From Gemmatimonadales bacterium (GTDB taxonomy: Bacteria; Gemmatimonadota; Gemmatimonadetes; Gemmatimonadales; JACORV01): a stretch of 64,000 nt of DNA. The stretch lies in assembly GCA_030697825.1 (NCBI GenBank), contig JAUYOW010000049.1:12221-76220 (forward strand), in the 5' to 3' direction. Numbering within the stretch: the stretch's first letter is position 1; each line of letters starts with the position of its first letter. Shown piece by piece: positions 47,417 to 56,016 of the stretch. A program made the position numbers and the translations under genes. Under the pieces are notes generated by a model. That model had not been told where the DNA came from. It ran no database searches and was given only the letters and a program-made list of their open reading frames with translations.

Positions 47417-49805
47417 GCCGCTACCGCCCGGCGCCGATACGTTCACGCCGCGCCACGCGACCCTGATCGCCCTGGCATTCCTCACGGCCTGGGTCCTGGT
47501 GCTCTGCCTGCCCATGCTCTCAGGGAAGTTCCTGGTCGGCCCCGACAGCGACCAGATCTGGACCGGCGTCCCGTTCCGGTGGTTCGGCGCCAACGAGTGG
47601 CGCCGCACCGGAGAGGTCCCGCTCTGGAATCCCTACATGTTCGGCGGGCTGCCGTTCGTCGGCGCGATGCACGGCGACATTTTCTATCCCACCGCGTGGC
47701 TCCGCCTATTCCTGCCAATCGATATCGTGATGAACCTCGGCTTCGCCGTACACCTCGTGCTGGCCGGTTTCTTCGCCTACCTGTTCTTCCGCGCGCTCGA
47801 GATCAGCTGGACCGGCTCGCTAGTCGGCGGACTCGCGTACCAGCTCACCGGCGTAGTGGCCACGCTGGTCCATCCGGGGCACGACGGCAAGCTCTTCGTG
47901 TCGGCGTGGATGCCGCTCGTCCTGCTGGGGCTCGTCGTAGGAGTGAGAAGACAGCGGATGGAAGGCTACGGCATCCTCGCGCTCGCCGTGGGCATGGGGA
48001 TCATCAGTCCACACATCCAGATGATGCAGTACACGCTCGTCTTCGCCGGCCTCTTCACCCTGTACCTCGCCTTCTGGAGCGAGGACAGGCCGGAAGGGGG
48101 GAAGCGCTGGCTGGCGTTGGGACTCGCCCTGGGCGCCGTGGTGCTGGGCTTCGGCGCCGCGATGATCCAGCTGTGGCCGTTCATCCAATATATGCCGTAT
48201 GCCGCGCGCAGCGCCGGCGCGCAGGGTTGGGCGTACGCGACATCGTGGTCCATGCCGCCCGCGAACATCGTGGACTGGCTGGTGCCCGACTTCACCGGCA
48301 TCCTGCGCAGGTACTGGGGCGAAAACGCGGTGAAGTACCACTCGGAGTACCTCGGCGCCGCGACGCTGGTCCTGGCCGCCGTCGGCATCGGGAACAAGGA
48401 ACGGCGCCGGCTCCTCTGGTTCGCGGGCGGCGCTTTGCTCCTGTTCCTGCTGGTGAGCCTTGGCGGTCACACGCCGTTCTACCGGCTCTGGTACGCGCTG
48501 GTCCCCGGTGTGAAGGTCACGCGCGCAGCCGGCATGGCGTTCTTCATCCCCGCGTTCATCGTCGCTATGGTCGCCGCGATGGGCGTCGAGCGCCTGGAGC
48601 GGGGCGAGGGTGTTAGGACCCTCTACGGCTGGCTCGTCGGGGCCGGGGCGCTGCTCCTCCTCGGCGTGAGCGGCGCGCTGGGCGGCATGGCCGCCGGTTG
48701 GGCGGATCCCCAGAAGGTGGACCTCGCCCGGCAGAACGCCGGCGCGATCACCTTCAGCGCCGTGAGATCGGCGGTGTTCGCCGCGGCGACTGCCGGCATC
48801 GCGCTCGCCGCGCTGCGCGGCAAGCTGCGCGGCAAGCTGCGCGGCTTCGGCCTCGCGCTCGCTCTGGCGCTAGCCGTCGGGCTCGACCTCTTCATCAACG
48901 ACCGCCGTTTCTTCGAGTACTCGCCGCGCGTGACCGAGCTGTATGCCGATGACGCGGTGACGTTGCGTCTCAAGCAGACGCCCGCGCCCTTCCGCGTGCT
49001 CGACCCCGGCATCTATCCCACCGCGTACCTGATGGCGAAGGGCGTATCCAACGTTCTCGGCCACCACGGCAACGAGCTCGACGCCTACGACAACTTGCTC
49101 GGCGGCAAGAACGTCTGGCAGAACCTGTACCCGCACGATCCGCGCGGACCGGCCGCCTCCGACTTCGCCGCGCCCAGTCGCACCCTCTGGTCGCTGCTCG
49201 CGGTCCGCTTCGTCATCCTGCCGGATACGATCAGCATCCCCGGGTTCCACTCTGTCTTCGGGGGCGCACCGGCGGTCACGGCTCGAGGCCAGCAGATATA
49301 CTTGTACGAGAGGGACACCGTGCCGCGATACGCGCGGCTCGTCCCAGCGGCCGCCAAGCTGCCCGACGACCGGATTGTCCCCACGCTCCTGGATCCTCGC
49401 CTCGACCCGGATCGAGTTCTGCTACTGCCCGACGACGCACCCGTCGAGGTGCCGCGAATAGACTCGCTGCCGCCCGCGATCGCCAATCGCGCCGAAGTGA
49501 CCTCGTGGCATCCCGGCGCCATGACGATCACGCTCGAGCACCCCGCGGAGTCGGACGCGTATCTGCTGGTGAGCGAGAATTGGTATCCCGACTGGCAAGC
49601 CACGGTGGACGGCAGGCCCGCCATCGTGCTGCGGGGAGATTACACGTTCATCAGCGTGCCGGTCGCGCGAGGGGCGAGGGAGATTCGCCTGGAGGTGTCT
49701 CGCGACCGCTATCGCCAGGGTGCGCTCATGACGTCCGCCTCGCTGGCCGGGATCCTCGGGTGGATAGGGCTGCCGCTGCTCCTCAGGAGGCGTCGTGCCG
49801 TCTGA
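47406..49805 (+). CDS. YfhO-family GT-C membrane glycosyltransferase
   Basis: 799 aa with more than 10 TM helices. PLWNPYMFGGLPF near the N-terminus, and the C-terminal SENWYPDWQATVDGRP block typical of YfhO proteins. Confidence 0.68.
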   Translation: MARKPLPPGADTFTPRHATLIALAFLTAWVLVLCLPMLSGKFLVGPDSDQIWTGVPFRWFGANEWRRTGEVPLWNPYMFGGLPFVGAMHGDIFYPTAWLRLFLPIDIVMNLGFAVHLVLAGFFAYLFFRALEISWTGSLVGGLAYQLTGVVATLVHPGHDGKLFVSAWMPLVLLGLVVGVRRQRMEGYGILALAVGMGIISPHIQMMQYTLVFAGLFTLYLAFWSEDRPEGGKRWLALGLALGAVVLGFGAAMIQLWPFIQYMPYAARSAGAQGWAYATSWSMPPANIVDWLVPDFTGILRRYWGENAVKYHSEYLGAATLVLAAVGIGNKERRRLLWFAGGALLLFLLVSLGGHTPFYRLWYALVPGVKVTRAAGMAFFIPAFIVAMVAAMGVERLERGEGVRTLYGWLVGAGALLLLGVSGALGGMAAGWADPQKVDLARQNAGAITFSAVRSAVFAAATAGIALAALRGKLRGKLRGFGLALALALAVGLDLFINDRRFFEYSPRVTELYADDAVTLRLKQTPAPFRVLDPGIYPTAYLMAKGVSNVLGHHGNELDAYDNLLGGKNVWQNLYPHDPRGPAASDFAAPSRTLWSLLAVRFVILPDTISIPGFHSVFGGAPAVTARGQQIYLYERDTVPRYARLVPAAAKLPDDRIVPTLLDPRLDPDRVLLLPDDAPVEVPRIDSLPPAIANRAEVTSWHPGAMTITLEHPAESDAYLLVSENWYPDWQATVDGRPAIVLRGDYTFISVPVARGAREIRLEVSRDRYRQGALMTSASLAGILGWIGLPLLLRRRRAV
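48813..48845 (+). repeat. 12-nt tandem repeat (2.75 copies) inside the yfhO-like gene
   Basis: CTGCGCGGCAAG CTGCGCGGCAAG CTGCGCGGC, encoding LRGKLRGKLRG. Confidence 0.9.
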
Positions 49806-50520
49806 GCGCGCGCTCGTCATCATCCCGACCTACAACGAGCACCAGAACCTCCCCAAGCTGGTGCCGCAGATCCTCGAGCAGGACCCGCGAATCGAGGTGC
49901 TGGTCGTGGACGACAACTCGCCCGACGGTACCGGCGAGCTGGCCGACGCGCTGGCTTCGGCCGAGCCGCGGGTGCACGTGCTGCACCGCGGCGGGAAGCA
50001 GGGCCTCGGCACGGCTTACGTGACCGGGTTCCGGTGGGCCATCGAGCGCGGGTTCGACTACGTGTTCGAGATGGACGCGGACTTCTCCCACGACCCGAAA
50101 CACCTGCCCATCTTCCTCGCCGAAATCAGCGATGCAGACCTGGTGATAGGGTCGCGGTACCTCGACAAGCGCGTCACCGTCGTGAACTGGCCGATGACGC
50201 GACTGCTCCTCTCGTACTTCGCCAACGTGTACGCGCGCTGGGTGACGGGGCTGAAGCTCTGGGACTCGACGGGCGGCTTCAAGTGCTACCGCAGGCGGGT
50301 GCTCGAGGCAGTGGACCTCGACCGCGTCCGCTCCAACGGCTATTCATTCCAGATCGAGATGTCGTTCCGGGCCTGGCGGAAAGGGTTCCGCCTGAAGGAG
50401 ATCACCATCCTGTTCACCGACCGAAGCCTCGGCCACAGCAAGATGTCCCGCGGCATCATCTGGGAGGCGGTCTGGATGGTGTGGCGGCTTCGATGGTGGG
50501 CTCTGGCGGGGCGGGTATGA
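49795..50520 (+). CDS. polyprenol-phosphate mannose (Dpm1/Ppm1-like) synthase, GT2
   Basis: LVIIPTYNEHQNL, VVDDNSPDGT, EMDADFSHDP. 241 aa, soluble type. Confidence 0.8.
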   Translation: MPSERALVIIPTYNEHQNLPKLVPQILEQDPRIEVLVVDDNSPDGTGELADALASAEPRVHVLHRGGKQGLGTAYVTGFRWAIERGFDYVFEMDADFSHDPKHLPIFLAEISDADLVIGSRYLDKRVTVVNWPMTRLLLSYFANVYARWVTGLKLWDSTGGFKCYRRRVLEAVDLDRVRSNGYSFQIEMSFRAWRKGFRLKEITILFTDRSLGHSKMSRGIIWEAVWMVWRLRWWALAGRV

Positions 50521-51365
50521 GACCTGGCACCGTCTTCTACAAGATGTCAGGCTCCGGCAACGACTTTGTGATGTTCGACGGACGGTATGCCTACCTCGCG
50601 GAGCTGACGGCCCCGACCATCCGCGCGCTCTGCGACCGCCGGCACGGAGTCGGCGCCGACGGCGTGATCCTGCTGGACCCGGGGGCTCCGGCGGGCGTCC
50701 ACTTCGCGTTCCACTTCTGGAACAGCGACGGGTCGCCGGGCCCGATGTGCGGGAACGGGGCCCTTTGCGCCGTTCGCCTGGCCACGACCATCGAGCTGGC
50801 TCCCACGACCGACGACGTACGCTTCGTCACGCCGGTAGGAACGCACCGTGGCCGAGTGATTGGAGGGGAGTCCGAGATCTTCTTCCCCGATTGCGAGATG
50901 CCCCGGCCCGTCACAGTGCCCACAGCCGAAGGGGAGCGGACCCCAATGGCCTGCAACCCGTCGGTACCGCACCTGATTCTCTTCGTGGACGACGTGAACC
51001 AGATTCCGCTGGAAACCCGTGGCCCGCCGCTCCGGCACCACCCGGTTCTCGGTCCCGGAGGCGCCAACGTCAACTGGGTCGCGCCGGCGGGGGACGGGTC
51101 CTTCCGTATGAGGACCTTCGAGCGCGGCGTCGAGGGCGAGACGCTGTCCTGCGGCACGGGGGCCGTAGCGTGCGCCTTGGCACTGGAGGAGCAGGGACTC
51201 GCCAAGCCGCCGGTGAGGATCTGGACCCGGAGCGGCATGCCGCTAGAAGTGACTTGGGAGCTTAACAAGCGTGGAGCCACGTCGATACGGCTCCGCGGCG
51301 AGGGGCGACTGGTCTTCCGCGGCATCGTTGGCGACATTCCAACCGGCGGTCCTACAAAGGCTTAG
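50517..51365 (+). CDS. dapF: diaminopimelate epimerase
   Basis: MSGSGNDFVMFDG, and both catalytic Cys motifs MCGNGALC and SCGTGAVA. ATGA overlap with the upstream gene. Confidence 0.9.
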   Translation: MRPGTVFYKMSGSGNDFVMFDGRYAYLAELTAPTIRALCDRRHGVGADGVILLDPGAPAGVHFAFHFWNSDGSPGPMCGNGALCAVRLATTIELAPTTDDVRFVTPVGTHRGRVIGGESEIFFPDCEMPRPVTVPTAEGERTPMACNPSVPHLILFVDDVNQIPLETRGPPLRHHPVLGPGGANVNWVAPAGDGSFRMRTFERGVEGETLSCGTGAVACALALEEQGLAKPPVRIWTRSGMPLEVTWELNKRGATSIRLRGEGRLVFRGIVGDIPTGGPTKA

Positions 51366-51383
51366 CCGTAGGTTTGCTGTTTT
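51351..51383 (+). terminator. weak candidate intrinsic terminator after dapF
   Basis: CCTAC-AAA-GGC-TTA-GCC-GTAGG interrupted stem, followed by TTTGCTGTTTT. Confidence 0.3.
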
Positions 51384-51403
51384 CCACCTCTTTCAACACT
51401 GCA

Positions 51404-51431
51404 ATTTAACATAACATATCTTATACGAAGT
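51404..51431 (-). other. dif: dif-like XerC/XerD chromosome dimer resolution site
   Basis: Minus-strand reading is ACTTCGTATAA GATATG TTATGTTAAAT. The XerD arm is 11/11 identical to E. coli dif and the XerC arm matches at 7/11. 11+6+11 architecture. Lies in the AT-rich island of the sole convergent gap. Confidence 0.75.
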
Positions 51432-51531
51432 GGCGGATAGGTGCACGGAAGGTGCGAAAACACTGCCCGGCTCCTCGTTCAGGCGCCTGGGCCGGCGTCG
51501 CTTTTAGAGCACTTGGCGGGTGTGATCCCGG

Positions 51532-52242
51532 TCAGCCGGCCCTCGGCCGAAGACCCTGTCCGCGACGAGTCTTGGGCGGCGGCGGGACCGTTCCGCCAAT
51601 CTCGGCCATCCGCACCCGGGCTTCCGCGGCCTGGTCGAGCTCGGCGTACTTCTCCAACACCTCGGCGAGGGCGGTGCGCGCTCCGGCGGTGTCACCGGCG
51701 ACGGCCAAAGCCCGGCCGGCGTCGATCAGGTACTGGGCCTTGAGGAAGTCGAGCGGTGCGGCCGCAGCAGCTTGGCGGTAAGCCTCCCCCGCCTCCCTTG
51801 GCTTGTTTTCGTCCTCCAGGCCTCCACCCAACAACCCGTACGCCGACGCCTTCATGTAATCCGGATGGCGGGCACCCACGAACTCCTGAAGCGCGGCCAC
51901 CGCACTGTCTCGTTGACCCTGAAGGAGCCGGATCTGGTTGAGCAGGATGAACGCCTCGTCGGCCGCCCTGGTGCCCCCGAACCTCTGGACGACTCCCGCG
52001 AGATCCCGTGCGGCGAGCGGCAGGTTCCCCGATTCGGCGCTGGATCGGGCGCTCGTCAGCGCCTGCGACGCAAACGCTTCCTTGCGCTGTGAGGAGACGA
52101 CGTACAGCCAGCTGCCGCCGCCGATCGCGGCCACCAGTCCGGCGCCGATCGCCAGCTTCCGCGCGTTCTCCTTGGCCCAAGCCTCCCAATCCTGCTGGGC
52201 CACAGATACCGTCGAACCAGTCACCGGTGCCGTCATCGTCAC
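51532..52242 (-). CDS. YfgM-like membrane-anchored TPR-like protein
   Basis: N-terminal anchor LAIGAGLVAAIGGGSWLYVV, followed by helical repeats with many Ala/Leu/Gln. The family assignment is tentative. Confidence 0.5.
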   Translation of the reverse strand: MTMTAPVTGSTVSVAQQDWEAWAKENARKLAIGAGLVAAIGGGSWLYVVSSQRKEAFASQALTSARSSAESGNLPLAARDLAGVVQRFGGTRAADEAFILLNQIRLLQGQRDSAVAALQEFVGARHPDYMKASAYGLLGGGLEDENKPREAGEAYRQAAAAAPLDFLKAQYLIDAGRALAVAGDTAGARTALAEVLEKYAELDQAAEARVRMAEIGGTVPPPPKTRRGQGLRPRAG

Positions 52243-52278
52243 CCTTCGATCGCCATGAGAAGTCCGGATGCCCTGCCA

Positions 52279-52353
52279 TGCCCCTGGGGTGACTCGAACA
52301 CCCGGCCAACGGTTTAGGAAACCGCTGCTCTATCCAAGCTGAGCTACAGGGGC
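52279..52353 (-). tRNA. tRNA-Arg (anticodon CCT)
   Basis: Cloverleaf read by hand: acceptor GCCCCTG/CAGGGGC, D stem GCTC/GAGC, anticodon stem GCGGT/ACCGT with loop TTCCTAA, T arm GGGTG-TTCGAGT-CACCC. CCA is not encoded. Confidence 0.9.
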
Positions 52354-52410
52354 GTAGCCTTTAAACGTCGCTACGAGATGCCCCTTTCTCAAGGCGCCTG
52401 TCGCGGCTTC

Positions 52411-52938
52411 CTACGGCCGAGGGTATCGAAGGACGGAGTGCACCGGCGTCCCGCCCAGCCTTCCCCTTCCCCCGAGGTCCGCCAGCTCGATGAGAAAGCT
52501 GAACGCCGCGATAGTCGCGCCTCCCATGGACACGAGCTGGGCAGCTGCTGCAGCCGTTCCTCCCGTCGCCAGTACGTCATCGACCACCGCGACACGATCT
52601 CCCGGGGCAAGCGAGTCCGAGTGCATTTCCAGTGCGTCCTGGCCGTACTCGAGGTCGTAGTCTATCCGGTGGGTGCCGGATGGGAGCTTGCCTGGCTTCC
52701 GAACCAGCACGAGCCCCGCGCCCAGTGCCAGTGCTACGGGCGAACCGAGGATGAACCCTCGGGACTCGATTGCCACCACGCGATTCACGTTCAGGGCTCG
52801 GAGGGGTGCCGTCAGCAAGCAGACCGCCTCATCGAGCGCACGGCTTTCGAGCAGCAGGGGCGTGATGTCCCTGAAGAGGATGCCAGCCTTGGGGAAGTCG
52901 GGGACGTCGCGAATCAAGCCGTACAGAGTTTCCGACAT
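52411..52938 (-). CDS. apt: adenine phosphoribosyltransferase
   Basis: DFPKAGILFRDITPLL and the PRPP motif VVDDVLATGGT. Confidence 0.93.
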   Translation of the reverse strand: MSETLYGLIRDVPDFPKAGILFRDITPLLLESRALDEAVCLLTAPLRALNVNRVVAIESRGFILGSPVALALGAGLVLVRKPGKLPSGTHRIDYDLEYGQDALEMHSDSLAPGDRVAVVDDVLATGGTAAAAAQLVSMGGATIAAFSFLIELADLGGRGRLGGTPVHSVLRYPRP

Positions 52939-52971
52939 GAAGTCTTCTCACAGTGTGTGAACGAGGTGTCC

Positions 52972-53295
52972 TTAGTGCTTGATCTTAAACGACTTGGACT
53001 CCACAGACTGATGTGGAACTTCGTCCCGGATGATTCCCGTGATCCGGGCACCAGGGGGTCCCTTCGCCAAGATCGCGTCAAGCTGGCTCAGGGATTTGGA
53101 GGAAGCCAGTCCCACCACCTCCACCGCTCCGTCCTCGGTGTTCCTGACCCAACCTCGAACTCCCAGCGCCTGGGCCTGATCGAGAACGTACCATCGGAAG
53201 CCGACGCCCTGGACCCTGCCCTCGATCACCCAGCGGCGGCCTACCGGCTCAGCGCCCTCCGCCACCCGTCCCTCCGCTGTCCGGCGCCGGTCCAT
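52972..53295 (-). CDS. acyP: acylphosphatase
   Basis: VIEGRVQGVGFRWYV and GWVRNTEDGAVEV. The start is ambiguous (ATG 53328, ATG 53295 or GTG 53265), and every option overlaps the dedA 3' end. Confidence 0.8.
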   Translation of the reverse strand: MDRRRTAEGRVAEGAEPVGRRWVIEGRVQGVGFRWYVLDQAQALGVRGWVRNTEDGAVEVVGLASSKSLSQLDAILAKGPPGARITGIIRDEVPHQSVESKSFKIKH

Positions 53296-53926
53296 CCCCG
53301 CCCCGCCGTGTCCGGTGCCAAACAACATATGCGACCACCACGACCACTGTTAGCGGCACCATCAGGAGGATCGCCCGGTGAGCATAGTCCCGGAACAGCT
53401 CCCGGCGCAGCTCGCTGGTGAGACCGCTTCCCGCCTTCCCAATGACCCAGCCGACTGCCAGAAGGACCAGGCACCAGATCGCCGCTCCGGCCGACGTATA
53501 GGCGAAGAACCGGTCGAGCCGCATGCGGGCGAGGCCCGCCGGAATGGAGATGAGGTGCCTGATGACCGGGAACAGGCGCCCAACGAACGTGGCGATCTCG
53601 CCGTGGCGCGCGAAGAACCGCTCGGTGCGCTCCAGCGACCGCTCGCTCAGCAACACCCACCTCCCGTATCGCACGAACACCCATCGGCCGAGCCGACTCG
53701 ACACCCAGTAGTTGGCGTACGCGCCGATCACGCTTCCAACTGTACCAGAAAGGAGCGCCAGCCAGAGGTTCATTTCTCCCTTGAATGCCAGGTAGCCGGC
53801 GGGAGGCATCACCAACTCGGACGGGACCGGCAGCACCGACGACTCCATGGCCATGAGGACGACGATTCCTCCGTAGCCCAGCCTGCCGATCGTGTCCACG
53901 AGCCACAAGCTGAACTGTTCAAGCAT
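53249..53926 (-). CDS. DedA family membrane protein
   Basis: ATG 53926. VVLMAMESSVLPVPSELVMPPAG and FVGRLFPVIRHLISIPAG blocks. Confidence 0.82.
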   Translation of the reverse strand: MLEQFSLWLVDTIGRLGYGGIVVLMAMESSVLPVPSELVMPPAGYLAFKGEMNLWLALLSGTVGSVIGAYANYWVSSRLGRWVFVRYGRWVLLSERSLERTERFFARHGEIATFVGRLFPVIRHLISIPAGLARMRLDRFFAYTSAGAAIWCLVLLAVGWVIGKAGSGLTSELRRELFRDYAHRAILLMVPLTVVVVVAYVVWHRTRRGGDGPAPDSGGTGGGGR

Positions 53927-54569
53927 CGAAGCCGTGCCTGCCGAGCAGGGGGACGAACCGGGCGTCGGTGAGGGGGGTCGCGACCGGCGTTCCATTCGCG
54001 CCGACGGTCACCAGGGTCAGCACCTGGTTCGCTCGATCACCGAGCGGGAGCAGCATCCGCCCTCCGGGACCGAGCTGCTCCAGGAGCGGGGCCGGCACCT
54101 CAGGCGACGCCGCGGCCACCACCATCGCGTCGTACGGCGCGTACGCGCGCCAGCCCAGCGTCCCGTCGCCTACGAGCAGGGAGACGTTGCTCACGCCGGC
54201 AGCGGCGAGTGCCGCCCGAGCCCGTGCCGCCAGGCTCGCCACGCGCTCGATCGAGAAGACCTGCCCCGCCACCAGCGCGAGCAACGCGGTCTGGTAGCCG
54301 GAGCCCGTGCCCACCTCGAGGACCTTCTCGCGCCCGGTAAGCTTCAGCGCCTCCAGCGCCCGTGCCTGGGTGGACGGCTGGCTGATGGTCTGGCCGTTGC
54401 CGATGGGGAGCGAGGTGTCCTGGTACGCCTGCCTCAGCATCGCCGGCGGGACGAAAACGTGGCGCGGGACTTCCCCGATGGCGCGCAGGACGGAAAGATC
54501 TCGGACGCCCGTCTTCCTCACAGCTTCCACGAGTTGCGCCCGATAGCCGGCGTAAGAATCGCGGGGCAC
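53919..54569 (-). CDS. pcm: protein-L-isoaspartate O-methyltransferase
   Basis: GTG 54569 lies directly after the surE stop. SAM motif VLEVGTGSGYQTALLA, plus QTISQPS. Confidence 0.88.
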   Translation of the reverse strand: MPRDSYAGYRAQLVEAVRKTGVRDLSVLRAIGEVPRHVFVPPAMLRQAYQDTSLPIGNGQTISQPSTQARALEALKLTGREKVLEVGTGSGYQTALLALVAGQVFSIERVASLAARARAALAAAGVSNVSLLVGDGTLGWRAYAPYDAMVVAAASPEVPAPLLEQLGPGGRMLLPLGDRANQVLTLVTVGANGTPVATPLTDARFVPLLGRHGFDA

Positions 54570-54571
54570 CT

Positions 54572-55321
54572 CTACCCTCCCAGTTTCCAGGACCGGACGG
54601 ACTCCAGGTGCGAATAGCTGGTGAGGTCGAGGTGCAGCGGCGTCACTGAGACGTGGCCGTCGTGGATCGCCTGAAAGTCCGAGTTCGCTCCGCCGGTCCA
54701 GTTGAGGTGGCCGCCGCCGATCCAGTAGATCTCGCGGCCCCACGGGTCCTTCATCTTCGTGAGGGATTCGGAGTACACGCGGCTGCCGAGCGTCGTCACC
54801 CTCACGCCCTTCACCTGGTCGGAGGGGATGGGAGGAAGGTTGACGTTGAGCAACGTGTCCCGGGGGAACGGCGTCACGGCGAAGATGCTCCGGAGCAGCG
54901 CTCCGACTCGCTCATGGTACGCGGGGAGCAGGTCGAGGTCACTGCCGGCCAGCGACAGCGCGACGCCGGGGATCCCGAGCGAAAGTCCTTCCATCGCGGC
55001 GGCGACCGTACCCGAATAGAGGACATCCTCCCCCATGTTGGGGCCGTGGTTTATCCCCGAAACGACAAAGTCAGGCCGCTCGCCGATCAGCGCGCCGAGC
55101 GCGAGGAGAACGCAGTCGGTCGGGGTGCCGTCCACCTGCCAGCGGTTGGGGCCGCGCAGCGTGGGCCTGAGCGGCTTGAAGAGCGTGAGCGAATGGCTGG
55201 TGGCGCTCTGCTCCCGGTCGGGGGCTACGCACACCACTTCGCCCAGGCCGGCGCAGATCTCGCTCGAGATCTCCAACCCGCGCGCCTGGATGCCGTCGTC
55301 GTTGGTGCAGAGGATTCTCAT
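54572..55321 (-). CDS. surE: 5'/3'-nucleotidase SurE
   Basis: MRILCTNDDGI N-terminus and GINHGPNMGEDVLYSGTV. Confidence 0.93.
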   Translation of the reverse strand: MRILCTNDDGIQARGLEISSEICAGLGEVVCVAPDREQSATSHSLTLFKPLRPTLRGPNRWQVDGTPTDCVLLALGALIGERPDFVVSGINHGPNMGEDVLYSGTVAAAMEGLSLGIPGVALSLAGSDLDLLPAYHERVGALLRSIFAVTPFPRDTLLNVNLPPIPSDQVKGVRVTTLGSRVYSESLTKMKDPWGREIYWIGGGHLNWTGGANSDFQAIHDGHVSVTPLHLDLTSYSHLESVRSWKLGG

Positions 55322-56016
55322 GTCGGGGGTGGCCCTGCCAGGATGCTGCGCCAGTGGCGGAGGAACACGGCGGCGAGCGCCACCGAGTCGGAGCCGTAGC
55401 GGAAGTGGCTCGGGGCGCCGTCGTACACCGTCGGGACTCCGATGGCGGCAATGCGGAAACCCCGCGCCGCGGCGAGGAACAGGAACTCGGTCTCGTACTC
55501 GTAGCGCCGGCCGTCGGGCCGCACGTCGCGCGCCACCGCGGCACTCATGGCGCGGAAGCCGGACTGCGAGTCCGGCACGCTGCTGCCGACGGCGCGGGAC
55601 AGCAGCGTGCTGGAGAGCCAGTTGGTGGCCCGGCGGCCCGCCGGCATCAGCCGGGGATCACGGCGCCGTGCCCCGACCACCAGGTCTGCCTCGCCCGCGC
55701 GTACCGGGGCCAGTAGCGCGGGGATCGACGCGGGAGGGTGCTGGCCGTCGGCATCGCACGTGACGATCTCCTTCGCGCCCCTCGCGAGCGCTCCTTCCAG
55801 TCCGGTAGCGAGCGCGCGTCCCTTGCCCAGGTTGGCGGGGTGACACAGGACTTCCGCCCCGGCAGCGCGCGCCACGCCGGCGGTCGCGTCGTCCGAGCCG
55901 TCGTCCACGACGAGCACCGCGGCCTCCGGAGCCGCTCGCCGGGCGTCGGCCACCACCTGAGCGAGCGTCCGCGCGGCGCGGTAGGCCGGGATCACCACCG
56001 CCACGGAGCTACTCAC
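55318..56016 (-). CDS. GT2 glycosyltransferase
   Basis: VAVVIPAYRAA, LVVDDGSDD, CDADGQHPP. GTG 56016 is preferred over ATG 56049 because it gives a shorter overlap with merR. Confidence 0.75.
   Translation of the reverse strand: MSSSVAVVIPAYRAARTLAQVVADARRAAPEAAVLVVDDGSDDATAGVARAAGAEVLCHPANLGKGRALATGLEGALARGAKEIVTCDADGQHPPASIPALLAPVRAGEADLVVGARRRDPRLMPAGRRATNWLSSTLLSRAVGSSVPDSQSGFRAMSAAVARDVRPDGRRYEYETEFLFLAAARGFRIAAIGVPTVYDGAPSHFRYGSDSVALAAVFLRHWRSILAGPPPT

Noticed and set aside
51421-51431. ACTTCGTATA (minus strand) is identical to 10 nt of a loxP arm (ATAACTTCGTATA), which raised the idea of an engineered lox scar.
   Set aside because: Only one arm resembles lox. The other arm is a perfect XerD-type dif arm, and the spacer is 6 bp rather than 8 bp. 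The similarity is explained by the relatedness of tyrosine-recombinase core sites, so it is interpreted as native dif.
51441-51781. Two plus-strand ORFs (51441-51743 and 51452-51781) starting in the convergent gap, considered as small proteins next to dif.
   Set aside because: They run antisense through the yfgM-like gene, have Arg/Pro/Ala-rich composition, and no ribosome-binding site.
52279-52353. tRNA-Arg (and tRNA-Gly at 60668-60739) as integration hot spots for genomic islands.
   Set aside because: No integrase, no duplicated tRNA 3' segment, and the flanking genes are ordinary housekeeping genes in the same orientation.
52972-53328. The 47-80 nt overlap between the acyP ORF and the dedA 3' end, considered as a possible programmed overlap or frameshift.
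   Set aside because: It is most simply explained by start-codon ambiguity. An in-frame GTG at 53265 reduces the overlap to 17 nt and still leaves a full acylphosphatase domain.
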